64,000 bases of DNA from positions 194,684-258,683 of the forward strand of contig CAWJIE010000003.1 in assembly GCA_963842885.1 (NCBI GenBank), written 5' to 3'. Within the stretch, counting starts at the first letter, position 1; every line of letters starts with the position of its first letter. This DNA comes from an uncultured Nitrososphaerota archaeon. Lineage in GTDB: Archaea > Thermoproteota > Nitrososphaeria > Conexivisphaerales > DTJL01. Made by a program: the position numbers and the translations under genes. The notes below the pieces were generated by a model, which was given only the letters and a program-made list of their open reading frames with translations, did no database searches and had not been told where the DNA came from. Below, one piece after another: positions 18,593-28,032 of the stretch.

Positions 18593-19471
18593 ATGTGGAA
18601 CGTTAAAGGTTTTGCTCTCGACGCATTAGCCTGCGGTGGGATGCCGCTGACTGTCGCCTGTGAAACGGTTCCTTACCCAAGGTTTATATCAAATGACTCG
18701 GGGGAGTCAGCTTTGCTGGTCGGCACTTTGAAATGCGAAGCCTGCGGGGTTGAGGAGGCCTTCCCATTCAAGTGCGCCTACTGTGGGAAGTATTTCTGCG
18801 GAGAGCATAGGCTTCCCGAGAACCACGCGTGCGCCGCATATGCGTACGCCCTCCCTCCCAGGCAGTACACCTCCACAACCGAAGGTAGGATCTCTGTGTT
18901 CTCGGGCTTTGGAGGTCAGTCATCTTCCCAAAGAGAAGCGGTTTCCTTCGCCATAGGGGCGGCGTTGGTCTGGCTGGTCGGCATCTCTCTTCTTGGCTTC
19001 ATCCCCCACAGCTTCGCGATAATCGCCAACAGCATCCTCTTTGTGTTCGCCTTCCTTGGCCATGAGTATGCTCACAAGGTCGCCGCTCACCGCTTTGGTC
19101 TCTGGGCGGAATTCAGGCTCAATCCTTTCGGCGCCCTTTTGACGGGCCTCTCAATTATATTGCCCATAAAGTTCATCGCCCCCGGGGCCGTCATGCTTGG
19201 CGGATACAGCGACGACAGGACCCTGGGCGTGGTAGCCGCGTCCGGTCCCCTGGTCAACATCATGATGTCGGCTATCCTGCTGCCATTTGTCTTCTTTTCT
19301 GCTGCAGGCTATCTGTGGCCCGCGCTCTATGTCAGTTCCTTCATATCGGTCTTCAACCTCGTGCCCGTAGCCATTCTTGACGGGAAGAAGATTTTCGACT
19401 GGAGCAAGATCATGTGGGCCCTGATGTTTGCAGTCTCTATCGTCTTTCTAGGCATCGCCTGGTTCGGCTAG
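18593..19471 (+). CDS. AN1 zinc-finger fused to a site-2 protease (peptidase M50) membrane domain
   Basis: CEAC..FKCAYCGKYFCGEHRLPENHAC (AN1-type finger), then HEYAHK and FNLVPVAILDG M50 motifs in a multi-TM region. Start taken at the ATG for MWNVKG. Confidence 0.7.
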   Translation: MWNVKGFALDALACGGMPLTVACETVPYPRFISNDSGESALLVGTLKCEACGVEEAFPFKCAYCGKYFCGEHRLPENHACAAYAYALPPRQYTSTTEGRISVFSGFGGQSSSQREAVSFAIGAALVWLVGISLLGFIPHSFAIIANSILFVFAFLGHEYAHKVAAHRFGLWAEFRLNPFGALLTGLSIILPIKFIAPGAVMLGGYSDDRTLGVVAASGPLVNIMMSAILLPFVFFSAAGYLWPALYVSSFISVFNLVPVAILDGKKIFDWSKIMWALMFAVSIVFLGIAWFG

Positions 19472-19478
19472 GCGCCGC

Positions 19479-20123
19479 TCAAGGGATCCCTATCTCTTCA
19501 ACGAAGAGCCTGCCCACGACATCGGGTCTCCCGAAAAGCCCCGGCTTAGGGGCGTGGAGGGTCACCGTGACGTCGGCCTTGACGACGAGACCATGGTCCT
19601 CACCCGTATCGGAGTCCAAGCCAGAAGGAACGTCCACGGCCACGCGTAGTGCCTTGGCACCGTTGATCATCTCTATCGCCGAGGCGTGCGGTTCGCCCAC
19701 CTCGCCCTTTACGCCCGTGCCGAAAATGGCGTCGATGATGACCTGGGAGGATCGAAAGAGAGGCTCCAGCAGGCGGAGCTCGCCAGCCGTGCCCACTTCA
19801 ATCACTCGGACGTCAGCCATCGTGGAGAGCACCTGCCACTGCAGCGATGCCTCTTCAGCCTTTACCTTCTTCCGGTCACCCAGGAGGATGACCGTAACAG
19901 AGGCCCTGTCGTGGAGGTGCCGCCCGGCCGCGGCGCCGTCCCCTCCATTGTTGCCCGTGCCCGCGACCACAAGAACGGCTGGCTTCAAACTGAGGTCGTA
20001 CAGCCGTCCAACGACCTGGGCCAGAGCCTTCCCGGCGTTCTCCATCATCAGAAGCCTGGAGATGCCACTGGCGGCTGCCTTGTCCTCAGCCCTTCTCATT
20101 GAAGATGTGTCTACGGCCTTCAC
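19479..20123 (-). CDS. nnrE: NAD(P)H-hydrate epimerase (YjeF N-terminal domain)
   Basis: 214 aa; MENAGKALA and VLVVAGTGNNGGDGAAAGRHL. Confidence 0.75.
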   Translation of the reverse strand: MKAVDTSSMRRAEDKAAASGISRLLMMENAGKALAQVVGRLYDLSLKPAVLVVAGTGNNGGDGAAAGRHLHDRASVTVILLGDRKKVKAEEASLQWQVLSTMADVRVIEVGTAGELRLLEPLFRSSQVIIDAIFGTGVKGEVGEPHASAIEMINGAKALRVAVDVPSGLDSDTGEDHGLVVKADVTVTLHAPKPGLFGRPDVVGRLFVEEIGIP

Positions 20124-20932
20124 GGAGAGGCACCAAGGATGCCCACGGTGAAGGGGTGAACGCCCTTCTCGCGCAGGGCGCTGACGAACGGGTTTATCCC
20201 GACAGAATCCCCCGACTCGTGGCCCAGAAGAACCAAGTTCCTGCTCGTCGGGTCCTCTCGGAGCCTCTTGAGCTCCTCCGCGTCGATATGCATGTAGACC
20301 AGAGTGTCGATGCCATGAGTGAAATAAGCATTGCCGATGGCATATCCCCCATTGGTGCCGGCCGCGACCGCGAGCTTAGTCCTGCCTCGCTTGGCATCTG
20401 GGTCGCCGATGACAATCTCAGGCTTGATCTCGGACGCCCTGAACTCCGGCAGGGTCAAGAGGGTTTTGACGACGTCCCCAACCTTCGACCCGGCCTTGGA
20501 CAGGGCCGCGTCCATGACGTGTCTCCCGATTTCGTCGCAGGGGAGGTGGACGTTCATGAGCGGCATCTTCATCTTCTCTGCGGCCTCCACCACCTGGTTG
20601 TAGATGGAAGGATGCGTCTTCAGCCTCACCTTCTTTACGAGCTGGTCAACGGCCGCCCTTGCCTCGCTTTCGGGGACTCCTTCTTCCTTCAAGAACTCGA
20701 CGTGCCGGGCCAGGACCTTGTAGAAGTCGACGCTGGTCTTCCCCAAAGGATGGTGAGAAATCACGCTGTCGCAGCCCAACTGCCGCGCCAGAAGCAGCTC
20801 CCCAACGCCCACGTCAATAGAGAGCCACGGCCTTGTGATGTCTCCTCCCAAGACTTGGATCCCGGTGTCTGCGGGTATCTCCTTGAAACCTGACAGTTTC
20901 ACCGCGAGGTCGATTATCTCCGTCTGGTTCAT
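20120..20932 (-). CDS. NIF3-family dinuclear metal-centre protein (GTP cyclohydrolase 1 type 2 homologue)
   Basis: 270 aa; ARQLGCDSVISHHPL, MNVHLPCDE and LLGHESGDSVG. Confidence 0.75.
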   Translation of the reverse strand: MNQTEIIDLAVKLSGFKEIPADTGIQVLGGDITRPWLSIDVGVGELLLARQLGCDSVISHHPLGKTSVDFYKVLARHVEFLKEEGVPESEARAAVDQLVKKVRLKTHPSIYNQVVEAAEKMKMPLMNVHLPCDEIGRHVMDAALSKAGSKVGDVVKTLLTLPEFRASEIKPEIVIGDPDAKRGRTKLAVAAGTNGGYAIGNAYFTHGIDTLVYMHIDAEELKRLREDPTSRNLVLLGHESGDSVGINPFVSALREKGVHPFTVGILGASP

Positions 20933-21002
20933 ACAAACACGCCTTTCTCGTTCGATAAGCCGCTCACACTTTTTAAGCGTGGTGCTGCTTGCTGTCGTGC
21001 AA

Positions 21003-21779
21003 ATGAAGTTGATCGCCCTGCTGACGGACTATGGGTCGTCTGATCACTACGTGGGCGTAATCAAAGGCGTCATAAAAGGGGTTTCGCCGGAGTCCGAAAT
21101 CATTGACATAACTCATGAAGTCCGGGCGTACGACATCAAGGAGGGGGCCTTCCTCCTCCTGCAAGCTTCCAAGTACCTCCCCCTAGGTTGCACGGTGATG
21201 GCCGTGGTGGACCCGGGGGTCAACACCCGGAGGAAGGCGATTGCGGTGGAGACTAGGGAGAGGGTGTATGTGGGACCCGACAACGGGTTGTTGTATCCAG
21301 CCGCCTCGCGGGAAGGAATCATCTCCGTCTACGACGTGGGCAGAGGACCGCATGTGCTTGCGAGGTCGGGTACCTTCGCTGGGCGGGACATCTTCGCACC
21401 GGTCGCAGCTATGGTGAGCTTAGGGAGGTCCCCGGCCAACCTCGGAACGAAGGTGAGCGGCATGACCGTGTTGGAGCTCCCTAGTGCGGAATTCTCTGAC
21501 AGGTCCATCCGGGGGACAGTCCTCCACGTCGACCGCTTTGGAAACGCAATTACAAATGTTGAAAGCGGTAATTTCCATCGTTGGAGAAAACGGGCGTCCA
21601 CATTCCGACTCGTGGCTCGCAGGAGGAAGGTTAAGGCGAGCCTCGTCGCCTCATATCAGGCCATCAGAGGAGTCGGGCTCTTGGTCGGCAGTGGCGGCAC
21701 AATGGAGGTGTCGGGAAGGCAAGGGAGGCCCGGCATCGCGTTGTCGCCTGGGGAGAGCTTCTCGATAGAAACCGAATGA
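21003..21779 (+). CDS. SAM hydroxide adenosyltransferase / DUF62 (chlorinase-fluorinase-like) family protein
   Basis: MKLIALLTDYGSSDHYVGVIKGVI, AVVDPGVNTRR and VGPDNGLL. Internal ATG chosen over the ORF-track start. Confidence 0.8.
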   Translation: MKLIALLTDYGSSDHYVGVIKGVIKGVSPESEIIDITHEVRAYDIKEGAFLLLQASKYLPLGCTVMAVVDPGVNTRRKAIAVETRERVYVGPDNGLLYPAASREGIISVYDVGRGPHVLARSGTFAGRDIFAPVAAMVSLGRSPANLGTKVSGMTVLELPSAEFSDRSIRGTVLHVDRFGNAITNVESGNFHRWRKRASTFRLVARRRKVKASLVASYQAIRGVGLLVGSGGTMEVSGRQGRPGIALSPGESFSIETE

Positions 21780-21884
21780 AGGACGATTCTTGGGTGGACC
21801 GGGGTTGTCGCATTTGTTAAGAGTTCTTGTCGGAGACAGCTATTTAACATCGGGAATACCTGATATCTAGCTGCTGGACCTGTA

Positions 21885-22193
21885 TTGACAGTCAACGACG
21901 TCGTCACGGATATCGTGTCTAGGACGCTGGCCGACCTGTTCGGGCAGCAAACCACCGACATGATCTTCTCATTCTGCGAAAGGAACGGCTTACCCGCAGC
22001 TCTCATCCCGCAGCGTCTGGTCCCCTTCGGGCAGCTCCTGAACTCGCTGCTGGGAGACGTGACGGCCTCCTCCGTCTGCAATCTCATAGCCCGGAACATA
22101 CTCTCCGAGTTCCACATGACCATAAGCGGAGAGCAGCCCACCCTTGAAGAGGCTTCACGTGTGGTCTGGAACCAGCGCAAGCTGAAGGTCTAG
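21885..22193 (+). CDS. Hypothetical protein (102 aa)
   Basis: ORF track only; no recognisable motif. Confidence 0.3.
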   Translation: MTVNDVVTDIVSRTLADLFGQQTTDMIFSFCERNGLPAALIPQRLVPFGQLLNSLLGDVTASSVCNLIARNILSEFHMTISGEQPTLEEASRVVWNQRKLKV

Positions 22194-22208
22194 GGGTCCC
22201 TGGCATGC

Positions 22209-22685
22209 TTAGAGCTCCGTCTTGCCCTCGGCACGTTTCAACCACTCCCTGTACTCTCGGTACTTCGGACACTCCTGCTCAACCAGTCTCCAGAAACGCT
22301 TCGAGTGGTTGGGCTCTTTCAGATGCATCAGCTCGTGCAAGACGACATAGTCGATGACCTCCTGCGGCGCGGTGGCTAGCTTGAAGTTGAAGCTGAGGTT
22401 CCCCTGGCTCGAACAGCTCCCCCACCTGGTCTTCTGACTTCTAATCATGATCGTGTCGAACCTGAGGTCGAGTCGCCGGCTCATCCGCCAGACGCTCTGC
22501 TTGATTACGACGCTCGCTTCAGACCGGTACCATTCCTTGATGGCACGCGTGACCTCGCTGGTCGTTGCCCTTGGCACAAGAACGACGACCCGGCCATCCT
22601 CGAGGCGCACCTTGGGGCGGGGGTTGCCGTCGGCGACGACAAGGAGGGGGTACTCCATGCCTCTGAACAGGACTCTCGAAATCAA
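22209..22685 (-). CDS. DUF45/YgjP-like (M48-type) metal-dependent hydrolase
   Basis: 158 aa; RWGSCS and VVLHELMHLKEPNHSKRFW. Confidence 0.75.
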   Translation of the reverse strand: MISRVLFRGMEYPLLVVADGNPRPKVRLEDGRVVVLVPRATTSEVTRAIKEWYRSEASVVIKQSVWRMSRRLDLRFDTIMIRSQKTRWGSCSSQGNLSFNFKLATAPQEVIDYVVLHELMHLKEPNHSKRFWRLVEQECPKYREYREWLKRAEGKTEL

Positions 22686-22883
22686 AAGCGACTGAGCCTT
22701 CTCCGGGAACGTGTAAAGACTTCATAACGATTGCGGTAAGGAAGGACCGACGTCGAGGCGGCCTGTTGCGCATAGCGAACGATGGAGACCGGGGAAGAGG
22801 GATGGGGCCTCCCTTCGGCGACCAACCCTTGACCTTCAAGCAAGGCTGTCGGCGGCCGCGCGGCCTGCAAAGAGAAGGGAGGC

Positions 22884-23813
22884 CTACTCTGACTTGACGC
22901 TCTTTGTGACGTCGCTCGCAACGTCGGCGGTTTCAGAGAAGATCTCAGAGCTGACCTTGTGCTTGAGAGGATGCGTCGGTTCGGGCTTATCAAGGAGTTT
23001 CGTCAGTCTGAGATGCTCTCCGGTGCCTCCGCGTCGGAGCTTGATGATCTCAGCCATTATAGAGATGGCTATCTCCTCCGGGGTCTCGGCGCCGATGTCG
23101 ATGCCGACGGGGGCATAAATCTGGAACAGCCTCGCGGCCGGCACACCCTCCTTAACAAGGTCCCTGTAGGCAGCATTGACACGGTTCTTGCTTCCAACCA
23201 TGCCGACGTAACGAGCCTTGGTGTCAAGCACGGAGCGAAGCGCCTCTACGTCGTACCGGTGCTCTGTGATGACCAATATGCTGTCATAGGAGGTGATCTT
23301 GACCTCCTTTATCTTCTGGAGCACGTCCTGTGTATAGATCTCGGCGTTAGGGAATGCCGATTCAGTGGCGAAGGGATCCAGGACCATCACGCGCTGTCCT
23401 AGGATCTCGGCTATCCGGTAGCAGCCCTTGGCGATGTTGCCAGATCCGAACATAATCAGGCGCTCAGGAGGCTCCACTAGCTCCAGCGCGATCTTGACCG
23501 TACCGCCGCACGCCATCCCCAGGCCGCTCCAGCTCTCGTCTCCGAGATTGAAGGTCTTGACACGAGTCTGGCCGTCCTCGAACACAAAGCGCGCCTCCCG
23601 GACCACATACTTCTCGACACAGCCGCCGCCGATCGTGCCCACCGTGGGCCCCGACTCTGGGATGACCATCTTCGTGCTGACTCCCCTCGGGACGGAACCG
23701 TCAGCCTCGACGACAGTTGCTACGACAATGCGCAACCCGTCGCCCAACATCCTCGACACGACAGTGTAGATGTCTTCCAAGCGGCTACACCAAGACTTCC
23801 AGCTCAGTCCCAC
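22884..23813 (-). CDS. XdhC/CoxI-family molybdenum-cofactor chaperone
   Basis: 309 aa; ATVVEADGSVPRGVSTKMV..GTIGGGCVE, Rossmann-like LIMFGSGNIAKG and YVGMVGSKNR. Start overlaps the tusA-like stop by 10 nt. Confidence 0.8.
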   Translation of the reverse strand: MGLSWKSWCSRLEDIYTVVSRMLGDGLRIVVATVVEADGSVPRGVSTKMVIPESGPTVGTIGGGCVEKYVVREARFVFEDGQTRVKTFNLGDESWSGLGMACGGTVKIALELVEPPERLIMFGSGNIAKGCYRIAEILGQRVMVLDPFATESAFPNAEIYTQDVLQKIKEVKITSYDSILVITEHRYDVEALRSVLDTKARYVGMVGSKNRVNAAYRDLVKEGVPAARLFQIYAPVGIDIGAETPEEIAISIMAEIIKLRRGGTGEHLRLTKLLDKPEPTHPLKHKVSSEIFSETADVASDVTKSVKSE

Positions 23814-24100
23814 CTTTGCCCGCAGGGGCCGATGGCCGGGAGCGGCTTATCCGCCATCTTCTCGGGAGATTTCTTGACAACCAGATGAAAATCCTCACCC
23901 TCTTCTCTGGAGTTCACGATCTCCTGGCCATGGTTCCAGCAGTACCTTAGAACGTTGTCCTTAGACGTGTGGTCGTTGACGACGATCTCTATGACCTCTC
24001 CCATCTGGGCTCCTTCGATCGCCCGCTTTGTCATCAAAATGGGCTTGGGGCAGGGTTCGTTCCTCGCATCAACCACCAATTGCGCTGCCGTTTTGGTCAA
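23804..24100 (-). CDS. tusA: TusA/SirA-like sulfur-carrier protein
   Basis: 98 aa; DARNEPCPKPILMTKRAI (CPxP active-site motif). Confidence 0.75.
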   Translation of the reverse strand: MTKTAAQLVVDARNEPCPKPILMTKRAIEGAQMGEVIEIVVNDHTSKDNVLRYCWNHGQEIVNSREEGEDFHLVVKKSPEKMADKPLPAIGPCGQRWD

Positions 24101-24304
24101 CAGTAATCCTTTGCATTTACGTGCAGGTGGTTTAAAATGTTATCCATGCGGGTCGAATGTAAAATAAATGCGATATGAACCTAGGACGTGGACGCGGCTC
24201 TGTGGCGAGCAAGTGGCAAGAGCTCCTCAGACGCAGGATGTGTAGGCCTTCATATTGACGAGGCAGATATCGTGTCCGGTACTTGTCGTCTTCTCTCGCC
24301 GCTT

Positions 24305-24320
24305 ACAATACTAATATAGC
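24305..24320 (+). promoter_or_regulatory. Putative TATA box (ACAATACTAATATAGC) upstream of the NapH-like gene
   Basis: AT-rich box about 15-25 nt upstream of ATG 24334, implying a short or absent leader. Confidence 0.35.
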
Positions 24321-24333
24321 TAGCAGGCAATTC

Positions 24334-25546
24334 ATGTCCCGGAACACCATGTTCAGGAAGCTGTTCCCGACCAGCAATGCTGCGACTGACCTCGTGGTGG
24401 TTATTGCAATCGTGGTTGCCGTCAGCTTCTTCATCTACTCGGCATCCGGCATCTTCATCGGAGGCATCCTGGCTTTCCTGTTCGGGCTGGCCACATGGAC
24501 CCTCATGACTTCGCCGAAGCCTTACAGGCTGAGGAGCATTTTCGTGTTCGGCCTTACTCTGGCGACCTGGACCGCCTTCCTGGCGTTCCTCGCCGAGCTG
24601 GGCCCCTCGTACTTGGGCAGGTGGCTCAGCACGCACGAGAGGGTCCCGCTGACGCCTGCCCCCATCACCACCAGCGGCTTCGTCTCCATCCTGTGCCCCT
24701 ATCTCCTCCCCGCGGCCCTGGGGCAGCCTGTGACCGTCTCTGTTCCCGTCTATATCAAGTTCTTCTCGTCTTTTCCGCCCAGCATCGACCTCTTCTCCGT
24801 AATCTTTCTATCCTACGTCGCCACCGCATTCGTGCTCGGCAAGGGCTGGTGCGGATGGCTGTGCCCATTCGGCGGGCTTGGAGAGACTCTGCGCCAACGC
24901 CACGAGCCCCTCAAGGTCTACACGAAGTCAGTGAAATGGATCAAGGATGTCTCGTCGCGGAGAGGCTTCGACCTCGAAGGCATGGAGCCGGGCCAGATGC
25001 TCCGCGACGTGAAGTACGCCTTCCTCGTCGTCACCCTCCTCCTGGCCCTCTTCTACTCAGTGCAATGGTTCTGCGTCTTCTGCTGGGCCGGGATCCTGGG
25101 GTGGTTCAGGTCGTCACTCAACATCTACGATCTTCATGGTCATCATGGGCGCCCTCTTCCTCGGGCTTCCTCTGCTCAGCACCAAGAAGTGGTGCCATTC
25201 CATCTGCCCGGTGGGCGCCGGCCTGAGCTTGGTGGACAGGGCCACTCCTTTCAGGATATCCGTGGACGAAGCCAAATGCAACGAATGCTATGACTGCTTG
25301 AACATCTGCCCCACCTTCGGGTTCGCCACGAAGGCAGACGGCGCGGTATACGTGACCGACACCTGCGACAAATGCTTGGTCTGCGTGTACAAGTGCCCCA
25401 GCAAGGCCATAGACCTGCACCTGTACAACATCAAGACAGATGCAAAGAAGTTCCTCATCCCTAGCGCGACGATCCTTGGCGCCTTCTGGTTCTACTGGTT
25501 CATCGTCGTGGTCTACAATCTCATCACGCTGAGGGTGCTCTTCTGA
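24334..25546 (+). CDS. NapH/MauN-like polytopic membrane iron-sulfur protein; apparent frameshift near 25115-25130
   Basis: KGWCGWLCPFGG and KKWCHSICPVG motifs, plus C-terminal CNECYDCLNICP and CDKCLVCVYKCP ferredoxin motifs. Several TM stretches. Confidence 0.65.
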
Positions 25547-26239
25547 TGGCTCTCGACACGCTGGCGGCAGGCCTCCTTCTCGGGCTCAGCAGCGGAGTGC
25601 AGTGCACCGTTACCTGCCTGCCCCTCCTGCTCACCCAGCTCACCGGGGGAAAAAGGACCGCGAGGGACGGCCTGCGCATATCTGTTCTTTTCTCACTGGG
25701 GAGGCTGGTGGTCTACTTCACTCTGTCCTGCCTTCTCTACTATTCCTTCAGGGCGTTCAGCGGAGCCTTAGGCAACCCCGTACCCGAATCGATTACGACG
25801 GCGCTGATGGGCGCGATCCTGATCTACTATTGTTTTCGAGCGATCGAAAGGAAGAAGGACACATCTTGCGCGGCAAGGTCCAAGGCCAAGCTCATCCGCC
25901 TGCCGTTCACCTCCCTTGCCGTGACCGCCAAGCCAGGGAGGAGCTGGACCGCTCTCTTCCTCGGCATCGTCTCGAGCATGAGCGTCTGCCTCCCGCTCGT
26001 GGCACTGATCTCCATTTCGGTCGCCTCTGACCTGGTCACCACCTTCACTTCGGTATCGATGTTCTGGCTGGGTTCGTCCGTCTACTCGATCGGGCTCGCG
26101 TTGGCGTTGGCTGGTGTCTCCCGCGTCAGGATAGGGGCGTCGCTGAGCAAGAGGGTGGGCTTCGTCGGAAGCCTTTCTGGCATCTTGCTGGGAGCGTTCA
26201 TGCTACTCGCAGGCTCTGGGCTCGCTGGCCCTTCCCTAG
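25546..26239 (+). CDS. DsbD_2/CcdA-like membrane protein; C-terminus uncertain
   Basis: LGLSSGVQCTVTCLPLL in the first TM helix, six or more hydrophobic segments. Start overlaps the upstream stop (TGATG). The track ORF runs to 26529 across the convergent YeeE gene; a TAG at 26237-26239 is one frame off. Confidence 0.5.
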
Positions 26240-26703
26240 AACAGCCGCGTGAAGACGCTGACGTAGTTCACAACCACGAACTGGAAGAAGAGGATCCCGA
26301 TGTAGAATCCTACCAGATAGATGATGGCGGCTCCGTTGCCAGTGGTGGCGTTGACGTGCTGCCTCAGTGGACATCCTTCCGCCATCACCGAGAAGAAGGC
26401 ATAGCCCAGGCCGCCTATCACCGACAGGATCAATGTGGCGACGGAGCTCGCGCCAGGTTCGTTATGCAGCATCAGAGGGAAATCAGCCATATGCGGAGAG
26501 AACCTGAAGAACAGAAGGTAGCCGACTAAGGCTCCGAGCGCCATGCCTACGATGGTCCTCATGAAAAGCGTGTCCCTGAAAAGGTAGAAGTCGCGGTATC
26601 CCGATATGGAACACGACTTCGACCTCTGCCATAGGTAGCCTATGATACCCCCAGCCGCGAGCGTGGTCAAGCCGATTTCCAGAGTCAAAGGCGGACCCTC
26701 CAT
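26236..26703 (-). CDS. YeeE/YedE-family sulfur/selenium transport protein, C-terminal-half homologue
   Basis: 155 aa, multi-TM; SKSCSISGYRDFYLFRD and AEGCPLRQH motifs typical of the family. Confidence 0.7.
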   Translation of the reverse strand: MEGPPLTLEIGLTTLAAGGIIGYLWQRSKSCSISGYRDFYLFRDTLFMRTIVGMALGALVGYLLFFRFSPHMADFPLMLHNEPGASSVATLILSVIGGLGYAFFSVMAEGCPLRQHVNATTGNGAAIIYLVGFYIGILFFQFVVVNYVSVFTRLF

Positions 26704-27173
26704 TTGATGTAGTTCGCTGAAATCACCACGCCGGAGATCATGCCGATGAGCCCCACGAGCGCTACGAAACTGCCGTACATCAAGGCCATTATGATGTGGA
26801 CGGAGCAGTAGCCCAACGTCAGCCCGAACATGGCCACGAAGAAACCGTTGATGAAATGATCCAGTGGATGCCTGGGCATGCGGAAGCTGAACTCCTTGTT
26901 CCGGAAGGTGGAGATGGAAGCGCCCACCAGCACGCCTACCACCGTCAGCACGGGGATGTCCACCGACGGATCATGGACATAGAGCGTCGTCCCGAACAGA
27001 TGGTTCACGATCCAGTCAATGAGGTCACTGGGGTGGCTGATGAAGCAGATGCCGAACGCCGACGGAGGGGCGACGTACACCCAAGCCTGGGCCACGGCGG
27101 CCCACAGGCCGGTCACGAACCCAGCTGTAAGCTTGTCTACCTTCAAGTGCATGCTCACCCTAGAAGGTATCAA
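26685..27173 (-). CDS. YeeE/YedE-family sulfur/selenium transport protein, N-terminal-half homologue
   Basis: 162 aa, multi-TM; PSAFGICFISHP and LGYCSVH conserved-Cys motifs. Overlaps the next gene by 19 nt. Confidence 0.7.
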   Translation of the reverse strand: MIPSRVSMHLKVDKLTAGFVTGLWAAVAQAWVYVAPPSAFGICFISHPSDLIDWIVNHLFGTTLYVHDPSVDIPVLTVVGVLVGASISTFRNKEFSFRMPRHPLDHFINGFFVAMFGLTLGYCSVHIIMALMYGSFVALVGLIGMISGVVISANYIKWRVRL

Positions 27174-28032
27174 CTACCTTGACCACAGCCTCCCCGATGT
27201 GCTTTATGATTTCAAAGACCTGCGTAGCAGGCGTAGGGTTCGTCATCTGGCCTGCCAGGCGATTGGCGTGCCCCGCTATGAGGCAGGCGCGAATCGGCTC
27301 ATAGCCTCCTGAGATGAGCGCGGAGACCATCCCGGTAATCGTGTCCCCCGTCCCACCAATGGGCTCCAGGGCAGGGATGTTGGGCTCAGAGATGGTGTAC
27401 ATAATCTTGCCGTCGTCGACGATGAAGTCGGTGGGCCCCTTGATGAGGAGATACCGAGGAGCGTTGCCGCCGGCATAGGCCTTCTCTATGAGCTTGGGCA
27501 CCTCCGTCGTGTCTATGTCGAAGAGCATGGATTTCACGTAGGCCGGGTGACCGGCCTCGGGATCGGCGAGGAAACATATCTCTCCGGCGTCGGGGGTGAA
27601 CAGGTCGAACTTCTTGCACGCGCCCGTGGCCTTCGCTATGAGCATGGAGCCCGCGTCGGCGATCATGAAGGGCCTCTTCTCCCAGTAGTCGAGCATCTCG
27701 ACGAACTCCATGAACGGTTTCCTGATGGGGAGGATGTAGTGCATGGTCACGGCGTTGGCGCCCAGCGCCCCGGCCTTCTCCGTGAGGTATGCGTACAGGG
27801 CGGCCGAACCGGCGCCCTTTCCCATGTCGCCGGCCACCACCCCCATGGGTGCCTCTATGCCCAAGGCCTCGGCCGCGGTGGCGGACGCGGCCATCATGGC
27901 CATGGCGCCTATGGAGCCCAGCTCCTTGGGGATGTACTTGTCTCCCAGCGAGATGGACCTGCCATCGTACTTTATCGTGCCGAAGATGAGGGAACTGTCC
28001 TCGACGGGCAGCGTCCCCGAAAGGAGGAGCAT
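27160..28032 (-). CDS. YjeF_C-like carbohydrate-kinase-fold protein (related to ADP-dependent NAD(P)HX dehydratase)
   Basis: 290 aa; FMIADAGSM, LFTPDAGEICFLAD, LLIKGPTDFIV and EPIGGTGDTITGMVSALISGG. Confidence 0.55.
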   Translation of the reverse strand: MLLLSGTLPVEDSSLIFGTIKYDGRSISLGDKYIPKELGSIGAMAMMAASATAAEALGIEAPMGVVAGDMGKGAGSAALYAYLTEKAGALGANAVTMHYILPIRKPFMEFVEMLDYWEKRPFMIADAGSMLIAKATGACKKFDLFTPDAGEICFLADPEAGHPAYVKSMLFDIDTTEVPKLIEKAYAGGNAPRYLLIKGPTDFIVDDGKIMYTISEPNIPALEPIGGTGDTITGMVSALISGGYEPIRACLIAGHANRLAGQMTNPTPATQVFEIIKHIGEAVVKVVDTF

